64,000 nt of DNA from Centroscyllium fabricii (taxonomy: Eukaryota): NCBI GenBank assembly GCA_051313645.2, contig JBNRSN020000006.1, positions 241,862,001-241,926,000 of the forward strand, written 5' to 3'. The notes below the pieces were generated by a model, which was not told the origin of the DNA, did no database searches, and saw only the letters and a program-made list of their open reading frames with translations. The translations under genes were made by a program, and so were the position numbers. Below are positions 23,813 through 36,457 of the stretch, piece after piece. The stretch's first letter is position 1. Every line of letters begins with the position of its first letter.

Positions 23813-26212
23813 TAGGGAAGGAAGGGTGAATAAAATAAAACTCCAGAAACAAGCGCTCATTGAGCGCTCTCTGTTGAACGCGCTTCTTCATTCAATTCCT
23901 GGGATTGTCGTGCAGTGGTTACGTAACTGGACTAATAATTCAGAGAACGTCAGTTCAAATCCCACCATGCCAGTTTGGGAATTTGAATTTTACAAAACAT
24001 CTACAAATAAAAAGCTGGCATCAGTAAAAAAGTGACCACAAAGCTAGTCCGGGGCTGTGATTGCTCCCTGCAGTTGAATAGCCAATACTCACTTGTGTAG
24101 ATTCACAAATGGAGAACACAACTGGGGCAAGATACCAAAAAGGGGCGTAAGTGCCAGTGGAACCATAGGCCAGCGTGAGGAAATATTATTTGCAAAAAAA
24201 AAAGATTAGTGACGTTGCTGTGCTGGGGATTTTAGATAAAACAGGAGGAAAAGCTCCTCTTAGTTTCAGGTAGTTCTGCTGGTCTGTTTAAGAATGATGG
24301 GAGGGAGAGCTGAGCCAGCGATTTTTATTCTGGGGATGTGGGTGATCGGGCAAGGATGCATTTATTCTCCATCCCTGGTTGCCCCAAGAGCATTTACAGT
24401 TAACCACGTAACGTGGATTAGTGCAATATGTAGGCCAAACCAGGTAGGACTGTAGCTTCCCTCGTCCCCTAAAAGGACATGAGCTAACCAGTTTGGTTTT
24501 TACTACAGTTTTTGGTCATCTTCTCTTCCTGATGCCACCCCACAAATAATCAGATTTACGATCAGTGACAGACCTGTAGGGGTGAAATTGTTCAAAATGC
24601 TATCGGAAGACAAAAGCTGGGAAGGGCAAAATGCAATTACATATTTTGAGTCAGAAGCTTGTGGGTTCAAGTCCCACTCCAGGGACTTGAGCACATAATC
24701 TAGGTCGACACTCAGTACAGTGCTGAGGGAGTGCTGCACTGTCAGAGGTGCCGTCTGTTGGATGAGAAGTTTGCCCTCTCAGATGGACGTAAAAGATCCC
24801 ATGGCTCTATGCGAAGATGAGCAGGGGTATTGTGGCCAACATTTATCCTTCAGTTAAAACCTAACACAGATTATCAGACACCCGAGTACTTTTTAAAATT
24901 AATTCCCTGGATATGGGAGTCACTGGCAAGGCCAGCATTCATTGATCATCCCTAGTTGCCCTCGAGAAGGTGGTGGGGAGCCGCTGCAGTCTGTGTGGTG
25001 AAGGTACTCCCATAGTGTTGCTGGTTAGGGAGCTCTGGGATTTTGACCCAGCGACGATGCTGGTTAAGCAATGCAGAGAGAGTTTTGTCAGAGAACTGAA
25101 TGACAGGTTTTGCAGGACCCTGGATATGTACTGAGTAATTCAAGGCAACACAATAAATACTCGTAAACACAGCTTGCTCATTGGTGTAAGTGTAGGTCCA
25201 AGAACTTGCCACACATGACTCAGTACAGTACGCTCAATAATGTAACCAGATGACTTGTACTCCCTTTACTAGAATGATTCTGCAACCTTTGCAGCCTGCA
25301 CGTGGGTGGAAGTGACTCTCTGTGGAAGGCACATCTGATCTATTACTCTAAGATCTTGCAATGATTCATGCCATGTGAGTGTGAGCAAACTTCTATTAAA
25401 ATAAAATTAAACACAAGCCTACTGACTGTGATGATAGAGAGAGAGGACTGACAGATGAAGGGCGGTGTTTAGAGAGGAGTGTGATAAAAGTTGGTGACAT
25501 TTTGCATGAAACAGATATGCTATTCCCTTGAAACTCTTATCTTGGATTTTTAATAGACTCCTAAAGTGACTCATTGAGTGAGAATGTCAAGAGACAATGA
25601 TCCATCAATGTATCATATGCAATGAACATACTAAGTTCAATGTCATCTATACCAATGAGTAATGAAACAGGTATTTATACAGATAGAACAGTACAGATGA
25701 ATTTTCCCCTCTTTACAGAGCAGGCAGCAATTCTAAGCCCCAAGAGGATATCTTGGGGATGCATTAAACCCCAGTGGCCTATGCATCCTGGAATCATTCC
25801 AGGTAAAACCGAGGAACATAAATCCTCGTGGAATACAGTTCTATAGTCATGTGGGCACACCTCCACAGCTGCTGTGGCTTCTGTGCTGTTCTACTCAAGA
25901 TAGTGCAAATTACTGACCGTTGACTGGGATTGTCCCATGGCATATTTAGTCTATTGACACCAATTCAAAATAAAGCTACACTAAGGCCAATATGTTATCC
26001 GGTTATGCTCGAGTTTTAATCTTAACTCATTACCTCAGGCCATTACGATCAGCGACAGGCCTGTATTTCACTCCAGGGTGAAATTGTTCAAAATGCTCTC
26101 TCAAGACACAACACAAGCTGGGAAGGGCAAGGTGCAATTAGGTATTATGTACAGTTCAACTGGACATAGTTCACAACTCTTTCATTGTATTTACTGTACT
26201 AGCGAAGTACTA

Positions 26213-26645
26213 GTCTTGGCTCAGTGGTAGCACTCTCACCTCGGCAGTCAAAAGGTTGTGGGTTCAAATCCCACTCCAGAGACTTGAGCACATGATCCAG
26301 GTCGACACTTTAGTGCAGTACTGAGTGCCCGGCACTGTCAAAGAAATTGTCTTTTTGGGTGAGACGTTAAACCGAGGCCCCGTCTGCCCACTCAGATGGG
26401 CATAAAAGATCCCATGGCATTACTCAAAGAGGAGTGTTCTGGCCAATATTTATCCCTCAACCAACATTACTAAATAATAATCTGGTCGTCATCATATTTC
26501 TGTTTCTGGGAGTTTGCTGTGCACAATTAGCTGCCATGTTACCTACATTACAAAAGTGACTGCACTTCAAAAGTACCTAATTGTAAAGTGCTTTGGGACA
26601 TCCCGAGGTTGTGAAAGACACTATATAAATACAAGTCCTTTCTTT
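26213..26645 (+). mobile_element. SacSINE1/Deu-SINE-like element, near full length
   Basis: tRNA-like head (TGGCTCAGTGGTAGCAC...GGTTCAAATCCC), Deu domain and L2-like tail CTATATAAATACAAGTC. Partial copies at ~14150-14290, 24648-24880 and 30635-31005. Confidence 0.8.
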
Positions 26646-28231
26646 CACTGGTGTAACTCATTTGTCATTGGTGGAGAGAATGTTTAAACACATACTGGAG
26701 TCAGTGCTCGACTGGCTACAAACGTCACATTTACCAATCGCAGACAAATACCCAGAACAGTTCCAATGTGCGTTACGATGCAGTTACTGGCAGCCTTTGC
26801 TGTTGCCTGGCAACACAAGGGTTGGGACAATCGGGAAAATTCAACACCGTCACCGATTCGTCATCACAGATCTGAGCATGTGATTAGCATTCTCTGAACA
26901 GGGCTGCTTTGGTATTTTTCCACAGTACTTGGGAGTTAACTGTACTCAAACAACTGGCCAGGTTCCAGAGTCATAAAGCCAGCACTAGATTGAACTCACT
27001 ATAAATGCTTCAATGCACCCACCATATCGCAATCTTAAACGGCAAGGTGCGGATGAATGAATGAGATCCTTCTGCGACTGATGGGGCATCCAAATGTGAA
27101 AGAGTCATTCAAGGCCAGACTGACGCTTTAAAGAGGTCATCACCCCCTCCAAACTGCAAGCTCGAAGACTGCTGCAAATCTTATTCTCTCTCCCACAGGA
27201 TCCAATGACTCTGAACCAGATGTGTGCGCGCGACCAGAGTTTGAACCGTTTTGGTTTTACCACATGACCCCCTCCCGCCCAAAAGAAACAAGTGCAGCAT
27301 GGAAACGTGCAAGTATTGGGTGTCAAATACATCACGGTACAGCTCCGAGTGGGCTCGTTTATTGCGATGCTCTTAAATATTCTCACATCACTCCCACCAC
27401 AAGCGACATATAACTTATTATAAAGCTCAAGATACACTCACGCGGACAGACATAACCCAAGCTTGGGTTAGCAAAGAATTATTCCCCTGCCACTTTCCCC
27501 CAACCTCACTGTTCAAGTGGAGACGGTCCAAAAATTATTTACACAATCATGTTTTGCTGAAATCCTAGTGACTGCACTAACCAGCGGAATTTACTTTAAG
27601 GTTGAGTATATGTAACAAAAGGGATCAGCTGGAACAAATCGGTTTATAAGCTGACCAGTAAACATCTATTTAAACTGCTTTCTGTGTTTCATTACACGGT
27701 CACTTCACTCCCAAGGTGTCTGGATAAGAGTTTCAAACATATACAACAAATATGGGAGAGGGGCCACGGAACATATGGAAGAAGAGGGGCACGGAACTGT
27801 GCTTTTGAAAAGGAGATTTATGGATGGCAAAGACTTTGGAATTATTTTATGACACATTTACAGGATTAGCTGGATATTAAGAGCATTTTAATTTCTCAGA
27901 CTGACACGAATGGATTTGGAGCGAGTTAAAGTGTTATTGTACCACATCAAAGATTAAAGCGGTCTAGTAACAATCCTGCACCGAGCCAACACTACCGATA
28001 TATTTTTAATAGGTCCAGAAGTGATAAGCAGTAAGATGTCGACATGACTTTAAGCGAATATTTTGGGTTTGCTTCAGTGCAAATTTATTACACTGTGTAC
28101 CACAAATCACAAAACAAATGAACTAGTACAATTTTGAAAAACGAAGAAAGGCCTACAAGACCTCAGGACATCCCAAAGTGCTTTACAGCCAATTAAGTAC
28201 TTTTTGAAGTGTCGTCACGGTTGTAACGTAA

Positions 28232-28613
28232 GGGCGGCACGGTGGCATAGTGGATAGCACTGTTGCCTCACAGCACTAGAGACCCGGGTTCAAATCCAGC
28301 CTCGGGTGACTATCTGTGTGGAGTTTGCACATTCTCCCCGTGTCTGCGTGGGTTTCCTCCGGGTGCTCCGGTTTCCTCCCACAGTCCAAAGATGTGCGGG
28401 TTAGGTTGATTGGCCATGATAAATTGACCCTTAGTGTTAGGGGGGATTAAATATGTGGGGTTACGGGGATAGGGTGTGATATGTGTCGGTGCAGGCTTGA
28501 TAGAGATCGAGGGATATGGGGAGAAGGCGGGGACAGGGTGCTGGGTTTGGATGATCAGCTATGATCTCATTGAATGGCGGAGCAGGCTCGAAGGGCCGAA
28601 TGGCCTACTCCTA
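28232..28613 (+). mobile_element. HE1-type V-SINE
   Basis: GGGCGGCACGGTGGCATAGTGG head, V-domain and tail. Confidence 0.85.
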
Positions 28614-28617
28614 CCTT

Positions 28618-29695
28618 CAGCGACTGGTGCACAAGGATGCCCAGGTCTCGTTGCACTTCCCCTTCTCCCAATTTATTGCCATTTAGATAATAATCTGCCT
28701 TCTTGTTTTTGACACCAAAGTGGATAGCCTCACATTTATCCACGTGTATATTGCATCTGCCATGCTTCTGCCCAATCACCCAACCTGCCCAAATCATACT
28801 GGAGTTTCTCGCCATCCTCCTCACAGCACAGACGCCCACCCAGCTTTGTGTCATCTGCAAACTTGGAGCGATTACATCTAGTTCCCTCGTCCAGATCATT
28901 AATATATATTGTGAATTTGCTGCTTTTATAGCCATGGCTGGTCCAGTTAAGCTTCTGGTCAATGGTGCCCCTCAGGATGTTGATGGGAGGGGATTCGCTG
29001 ATTGTGATTCTATTGAAGGTCAGAAGGAGGTGGTTGGGTCTTTTCTTGCTGGAGATGGCCACTTCTTGGCTAAACTGGCACAAAGGCTACTTGCCACTTG
29101 TCAGCTCAAGTCTGGAAGTTACCCAGGGTAGGCTGGCATTGGCTGCTTCATTATCAGAGGAGTTGTGAATTTAGCTGAAAATTGCAAAATTAACTGAACA
29201 GCCCCGCTCTTAACCTAATGATGCAAGAAAAATCATTGAGCAACTGGAAATGGTTGGGCCAGTGATTCTGCGCTGAAGAACTCTAGCAGTGATGTCCTGG
29301 ATCTGCAACGATTGACTTTTGCCCACACCATCGTCCTGTGTGTCAGCAGGTGTGACTCCAGCCACTTGAGTGGTTTTGCTTTGATCCCTATTGACCTCAG
29401 TTTTGCTAGGGCTCCTTGTTGCCATACGTGGTTGAATACTGACTTTATGTTGAGGGCAGCTACTCGCACCTCTCCTCTGGCATTCAACTTCTACATCCAC
29501 GTCGGGAATCAAGGCTGCACCGAGGTTACAAATTGAGTGGTTTTGGTAGAACCCAAACTGAGTGTCGGCAAGCAGGTTTCTGGTGAATAGGCGTTGCTTG
29601 ATGACACTATTGATTACTTCTTCATCGCTAATCTGAAGATTGGGAGAACGCCGCTGCTAGGGTGGTAATTGGCTGGGTTAGAATTTTCCTTCTTT
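28618..29695 (-). mobile_element. Adjacent RT fragments of two LINEs (CR1-type 28618-28912; family of 370-3415 at ~28925-29695)
   Basis: IYINDLDEG...SKFADDTKLGG (CR1 RT) and RGEVRVAALNIKSVFNHVWQQG..KL (RT domain remnant). Confidence 0.75.
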
Positions 29696-32664
29696 CTGAA
29701 TTGTGGTACCAGATCTCTCGCTGTGGGCTCAGTCTGCCACCATGTTGGAGACTAGCATCCGTTAGCTGTAAGCACTTCAAACCATCTCTCTCATTCTGTA
29801 AAGAGCTCATTCCAAGAATAAGGGAAGCAAGACACAGCATCAAAAAAACTATCAATAGGAATTTTTCCAAAGTATCACTTTTCCTCTAGAAGAAATGCTA
29901 ATGTTTTGTGTTTTATCCGACACGACGTTACAACTGGGACAGGGCAATTCCCTCTGGTAACGTTGGCAGTCAGTCCTTTCCTTCCTGGCCTTAATCCAAA
30001 ACAGATGGAGCCTTTTGGTTCGGATCCTATGGCTTGTGGAAAATAGGTAACTTACTGCCAGAACTGTACAAAATGTTTCATATACACTCCTTATACCAGA
30101 AAATTACACAAGGTTTTTTTTTTTTTTTTTAAATTGAAGGGTTCCCAAAATCTCTTTGAAAAACAATCAGCTCAAGTTCTGGAGAGTTGTACAGTAGTAA
30201 CAAGATGGGCAGAATAAATAGTTCCATAGGCACTGCCCTCTGGTGGCACAGTAGGAGAAACTACAACATTTTCAACCTAGCTTTCACACATACAGAATGA
30301 AAAAAAAAGCGCTTTGTACCCTTTCTCCACTGCCAAAGAACATTCTGTTCCTTGGCTCCAGCTCTCCCTCATTCATTCCATTTAAACTGTCTGTTTTAGT
30401 AAAAATAAACAGTGGAACAGATAGAACCCACAGGAATTTTCTGCTGGCTCTATGACTCCCACTCAGCCTGTAACAGTGCGTTACAAGTATTGCACCCAGA
30501 TGGGTTCGATATTTCCTTTGTGTGAAGGGGGTGGTGGCATGGCAAGGGGGAAAGAGTGCAAGGCAGTGCAGCTTAAAGGGGCATGGTCACCTGGGATCTA
30601 GTCATTGCTCGCTTTAACAAGGAGAAGGCACTGGCCTTTATATAGAACCACATCACATCCTGAAGACATCCCGCAGCGCTTCACAGCCAATTAACGTTCT
30701 GAAGCGCAGCCACTGTTATGTAAACAAACACGGCAGTGACACGTTGCACAGCAAGATCCCACAAGCAGCAAGTAAGATGAATGGCTTGCTGTGACTTTTG
30801 GTGGTGTTAGTTGAGGCAAGAATTCAGGGAAAACCCCCATGTCATTTGCCAGGAACAGGCAGATGGGGCCTCAGTTTAAAGTTCCCTCCGAAAGACGGCA
30901 CCCTCTGTCAATGTAGTCCACCCTCAAGCACTGCACTGAAGCATCAGCCTAGATTATGTGCTTAAGTCTCTAGGGGTGGGCCTTCAACCAACTGAGCCAA
31001 ACTGATGGTTAGTTTAGCCTGAGGAAAGACTGCACTGACAATACATCGCCTGTCTAAACAGCTACTCCAATGAGATGCTTAGCCCACTTTTTAGTTATGG
31101 AAGTCACATCAGCTTTGAGTCTCACTATCTCTGGTGGTTAAAGGAAACATCCAGTTGAGCCACACAGACCAAAAGGTCCCTGGTCTGCGCAGAGTTACCC
31201 GTTCTCTGCCAGGGTTGGCAGTGGAGGACTTCACCACTCCTGTGAGGGGTGCAAAGGACAGAAAAGTTAGCTAGGGGTCCCATTCCAATCACCTCAGCTA
31301 GAAAGTGCATGAGAATTTGGACTTTGAGGCTCCCCAATATGCTTACACAGAAAACAGCCATGGGGACTAGAAACCAGAAGGTACTCAGTACCCCTGAAAC
31401 TACCCCAAGCAACCAACTATTCGACTGTGAAGGGCATCACACAACATTTCGAACAGCCTCCCAACACATCATCTGGATGCACATAGAACCATAGCTCTGT
31501 AACTTGAGGGGAAGAAGTTTATGGAGGGGGGGGGGGGGGCAAAGAAATAAAGTAAACCCAATGCAAAGGAAAATGAAGAAAAAAGGGCAAGAAAGCCTCC
31601 CACCTTCACACAGTGCATTCCGGAGCAGTAATACACCTCAGGGTTCCGGATGTCTTGGATACACTGCTCGAATTCATCCGAACGCCAAGATACATTACAG
31701 CCTTGGAACACATTCCATACCATGTGGTATCCGACATAAACACCAACTGCATTAGAAACGATTGAGTGAAGAGGCTGTCTTCAGCTGTAGAAAGCCTTTG
31801 CATTGTGTATGAGGAAGAATGAAGAGGACCCAAACGCACATTCTTCAGAGACTCCCTCCCAGCCACTCCGATCCAATTATACCTTGTGGCAAACAGCCCT
31901 ACACCTCAGGGTGGTCAACCTACTTTAGAAACAGCTTTGATTTAGAATAGCTCTCTGCCCTCACTCACACCCCCCTGAAAAAGGGCCCTTATAAACAGCA
32001 TTATTACAATTAGTATAAAGCAGAAGACCGTCTTTCATTGTTGTCACAGTACATTTCCTCTTGCTCCTCCTCGGGTGAAATATTCTGCGCTTCCATCGAA
32101 TAGCGAGGAGACACCTTCGCCTCCAGGAAACTCCCTCCTATTTGGCTTTGACATTGATTTACATTAATTTCCTGACTTGCAGTCAGAGGAATGCCGATAA
32201 TAAAATTACTTCTGTTTGAGTGGAGAACCTAAAATGAGACCCAGAGCAATCAAAAGATTGCAAGTCTATATTTTATAGGTTAAATCAGACTCTGCGTTAC
32301 TAACGGTACGCTCCTCCGCGCCCCCCCCCCCAGGAATGGCACAGTATTAAGCAAAGTCGTCAGAGTTACTTTTGCATCAATCCTTCCTCCTCCGCCTCAG
32401 TTGCCTTGACAGATTCCTCTATGTCCACCTTTACCATCGCTCAGGAATCAGCAGACCAGAGGGTCAACCTGATCAAGGGAGGTTGGCTTCTGCCTATTTA
32501 AGCTTCTTTTCCACCCCTGGGCTCACTGCTCCCCTGCAGATAGAATGCTTCAGACCCTCATGGTACCGATATCTATCTGCACAGATGTATGTTTTCCCCT
32601 CCTTCTCCCTTTCATCCACATTGCAAGATGGTGGATGGAAGCAGCAGTGGCTGACTGCAACAGC

Positions 32665-33052
32665 AGGGCAGCACAGTGGTTAACACTGTTGCCTTACAGC
32701 ACTGGAGACCCGGGTTCAAATCCAGCCTCGGGTACTATCTGTGTGGAGTTTGCACATTCTCCCCGTGTCTGCGTGGGTTTCCTCCGGGTGCTCCGGTTTC
32801 CTCCCACAGTCCAAAGATGTGCGGGTTAGGTTGCTTGGCCAGGATAAATTGACCCTTAGTGTTAGGGGGATTAAGTATGTGGGGTTACGGGGATAGTGTG
32901 AAATATCTGTCGGTGCAGCCTCGATAGTGATCGAGGGATATGGGGACAAGGCAGAGACGGGGTACTGGGTTTGGATGATCAGCCATGATCTCGTTGAATG
33001 GCGGAGCAGGCTCAAAGGGCCAAATGGCCTACTCCTGCTCCTATCTTCTATG
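32665..33052 (+). mobile_element. HE1-type V-SINE
   Basis: Head, V-domain and tail as in other copies. Confidence 0.85.
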
Positions 33053-33742
33053 TAATACAACATTACACTAGACCCCAATTCTGCCTTCAGCCAATGTGCA
33101 TATTTTCCAAGAGGGTGTCGGTATCAAGGCGGCACCAACAACTTGCATTTATATAGCAACGACTTCAACATAGCACCTTGGGACGTTGCACTTCACAGGA
33201 GCATTATCAAACAAAATTTGACACAGCCACATAAATGCTACTGAACGCAGTACCCCAAGGTCAAGTGCATCACTGTGCTAGAGGGTTTATTTCTGGAGGC
33301 ACACATTGCACCTTTAAGAAAATGGTCCAGAATTGAGATTGGACCCAGTCGCCCCTCCGTACCTTTGTAGCCTCCTCCAGCCCCACAACCCTGAGTACTG
33401 CGTTCCTCCAACTCTCGGTCTCTTGTGCATCCTCTACTTTTTTTGCCCCACCATTGGTGGCCATGCCTTCAGCAGTCTTGGCCCCAAGCTCTGGAATTCC
33501 CACCCCAAACCTCTTTGCCGTTCCACCTCTCTCTCCTCTTTTAAGACGCTGATTAAAACCTTCCTCTTTGACCAAGCATTTGGTCACCTGTCCTGATGCC
33601 TCCTCCTTTTCCTCTTATGTCACTTAGCTGGCTACAGCTTGGGACGTTTTACGACGTCAAACACACCATCTAAACACAAGTTGTTGTCCAGAGAAGTCCT
33701 CATTTCATATGAGCCGTATGCAATTAGGGGATTCTTGTCATA

Positions 33743-34032
33743 TGTGGTAACCATTGTATGTCTACTATACCACTGTACCATTATGGCTAATGATGGGCTG
33801 TGCAGATGTTAGGCACAGCCCTGTATACTGTGACACTGTTGGGAGCCAGGTCAGCCACACCTCCAACTCCTCCCCCAGGTGAGGCCCCGTTATAGGTGAG
33901 ATCTGACCGAGGCTCCTTCATTCCTGTACTGTAGTTCGTTCTGGAGGGTAGCTCCGTTCTTAGCAATTAAAAGCCTTTAGTTTCGGCAACTACTCGTCGA
34001 CTCTTTTAATCGAAGATATTGACGATACATCA
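33743..34032 (+). mobile_element. Solo LTR
   Basis: TGTGGTAACC...GACGATACATCA termini, ATTAAA signal, exact 5-bp TSD TCATA (33738-33742 / 34033-34037). Same family as 60911-61190. Confidence 0.85.
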
Positions 34033-35908
34033 TCATACAAGCAAACTTTTAAGATCGGAAGAGTGAAGTGAATGAGCAGTTTCCCCAGTCGTTGGATGCG
34101 CCCATAAATACAAACAACCTGACCGTCACTATCGGAGACTTGCGAGCTGCTCCGTCTACACTGGAACCGTACCAGGTCTGCTAATCGCGCAAACCTGGAC
34201 ATAGACATAGACATAGTTTCTATGTCTATGTCTATGTCTAAAGCTGGGATACTGTGTCACAGTCATCCAATGAATACAGAGAACCACAATAACATCCCGC
34301 ATCAAGAAAATGGTTTCCAGTATTCCCAATTGGCTGGTTGGGAATCAGAGCGGATAGAGAGTAAAAACAAACAAGACATAGGTGAGTGGGATGCCCAGAA
34401 CTCCCTTTAACTCTTAAGAAACTAGAGTTCTATCAACAGAAAAGGTAAAAGCGTTTTGTGGAGGTGTGGCTGTACAAGTAGATAAACCTGTTTCTATTTG
34501 CATAGGGAAGCTCACTCCCAGCCGTTGACGGACTCACTGTCTGATCTCTGAATGGAAATTCTCCAGTTGGTCGAAAGGAAAGCTAGTTTATACATTATGT
34601 ACCTGCATTGTAACATTTTAAAAAAATGCCAATCTGGTCAAAAAACAAGGTGGTAGAAGAAGAAACACAGAGAAAAAAATCCACATGTCTGATGATTAAT
34701 TTTATAGTTTACCACCTTCAAATAGCTTCATAAATCACCTGCCTTTATAGCACCTAGCATGCATTTTTCTTTTTTTTTTTTAAATAGAAAAAGCACAGCA
34801 GCCTGCAAATATACCATGCCAAGGGCAACACGTTCTATTACTGTAAACCCATTTACAGAACCATAAACCTGAAGTGGTTGGGAAATTTACTGTGGTTTTA
34901 ATAAAACTGCAAATGATGCACAATACAAGTGCTGCATCACAATTAAAACAATATTAGAATTCTCTGAATAGGTCTGTGCAGGGCTGAGCTAGTCAGAGAC
35001 GGAAGGACTTCTATCCCTGCTCTGTACCGAGTCCACTCAATCGGGTCAGCAATGGGGTAGGCCCTTTACAAATCAGTCTCAGTGCCCCTCGGCTTGGGGC
35101 AGGAGGAATGGAGTCAGGGTTCCTGCTCTTGTTTGCTATCCAGTAAGCAATTCTTGGAAGGTTGGAGACATGAGCGAGGTAATCATTGAACATTATCGTG
35201 GACCTTGGCCCTCTTCCATTTAATTGCACAGCCACAAGCCAGAACGAGTCCACTTTGGTGGTGTCCCTTTAAGTGCGGGAGAGATTAAATCCTTCCCTCT
35301 GGTGTCAGATGATTCTTTCATTTGAGGTGGGGGGGGCGGGTGAAGAGAATTTAGAGTGATGCAGAAATACTTTGAATGGCACTGCTGGCACGGAGTTCAG
35401 TGCACCAGCGAGTGTGAAAAAACACAAAAGCAACTGTAAAGCAACTGTGCATGCACAAGGTCGCACATCTGCAGATACTTTTGATTCACATTTCTGGCAT
35501 TTTTCCAATATTAATGGAACTCTTTAGGTGAATCCTAGCACTTCAGGAGGCAGTGTCTCCAAACACTCCTTACAGCGTGATGGCCAAACTCAAGGAAAGG
35601 CAGCACTCCCGTAACCAGAAATACTGCCTAACATACCATCGTGCTTTATTGGGTCTCAGCAACATCTCAAGGCACTTCACATACAATGAGTCACTTATGC
35701 TGGCAAATCATTTTTATTGATTCTTGGGATGTTGGCAAGGCTATCATTTATTGCCCATTCCTGAGAGCAGTTAAGAATCAACCACGTCAGTGTGGGACTG
35801 GCGTCACATATAGGCCACACAGGGCAAGGACAGCAAATTTATTTCCCAAAAGGACAGTAACGAACCAGTGGGTTTTACAACAGCTCTTCACGGTCACTTT
35901 TGCTGGTA

Positions 35909-36457
35909 CAGGTTGAGCACCGGTAATCCGGCAACTTCAGTGGTCCAGCACGAATGGAAACCGGCGGTCTTCAGTTTGTGGAGCAGCCGCTCGGCAGCGC
36001 CACCGTTTCCCGCGAAGGGTGGGCGAGCGCCGAAGGCGTCGGACATTTGGGTTGCTGCTTTTTTTAGGGCTTGTAAGTGTTTCCTCCCACAGTCCAAAGA
36101 TGTGCGGGTTAGGTTGATTGGCCATGATAAATTGACCCTTAGTGTTAGGGGGATTGAATATGTGGGGTTACGGGGATAGGGTGGGATGTGTGTCGGTGCA
36201 GGCTCGATAGGGATATGGGGAGAGGGCAGGGGCGGGGTGCTGGGTTTGGATGATCAGCCATGATCTAATTGAATGGCCGAATCGAATGGCCTAATCCTGC
36301 TCCTATCTTCTATCTTTCTACCCGCACGCTCCTGGCCCCGGGGAGTGTTCTACCCGCGCGCTCCTGGCCCCGGGGAGTGTTCTACTCGCATGCTCCCCCC
36401 GAACCTTCAGCGGTTCGGCCTGGTCCAGACGGTGCCGGATTACCGGTGCTCAATCTG
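35909..36457. mobile_element. Tigger/pogo-like MITE, copy 2, with a nested partial HE1 SINE (~36078-36318)
   Basis: TIR CAGGTTGAGCACCGGTAATCCGGCA / TGCCGGATTACCGGTGCTCAATCTG, TA on both sides. Internal 32-bp tandem repeat at ~36319-36397. Confidence 0.85.

Noticed and set aside
28232-28305. tRNA genes at SINE heads
   Set aside because: A/B-box-like heads run directly into V- or Deu-domain SINE bodies; no full cloverleaf.
34052-34063. Illumina adapter contamination (AGATCGGAAGAG)
   Set aside because: The match stops at 12 nt (next base T, not C) with no further adapter sequence; probably chance, though raw reads would settle it.
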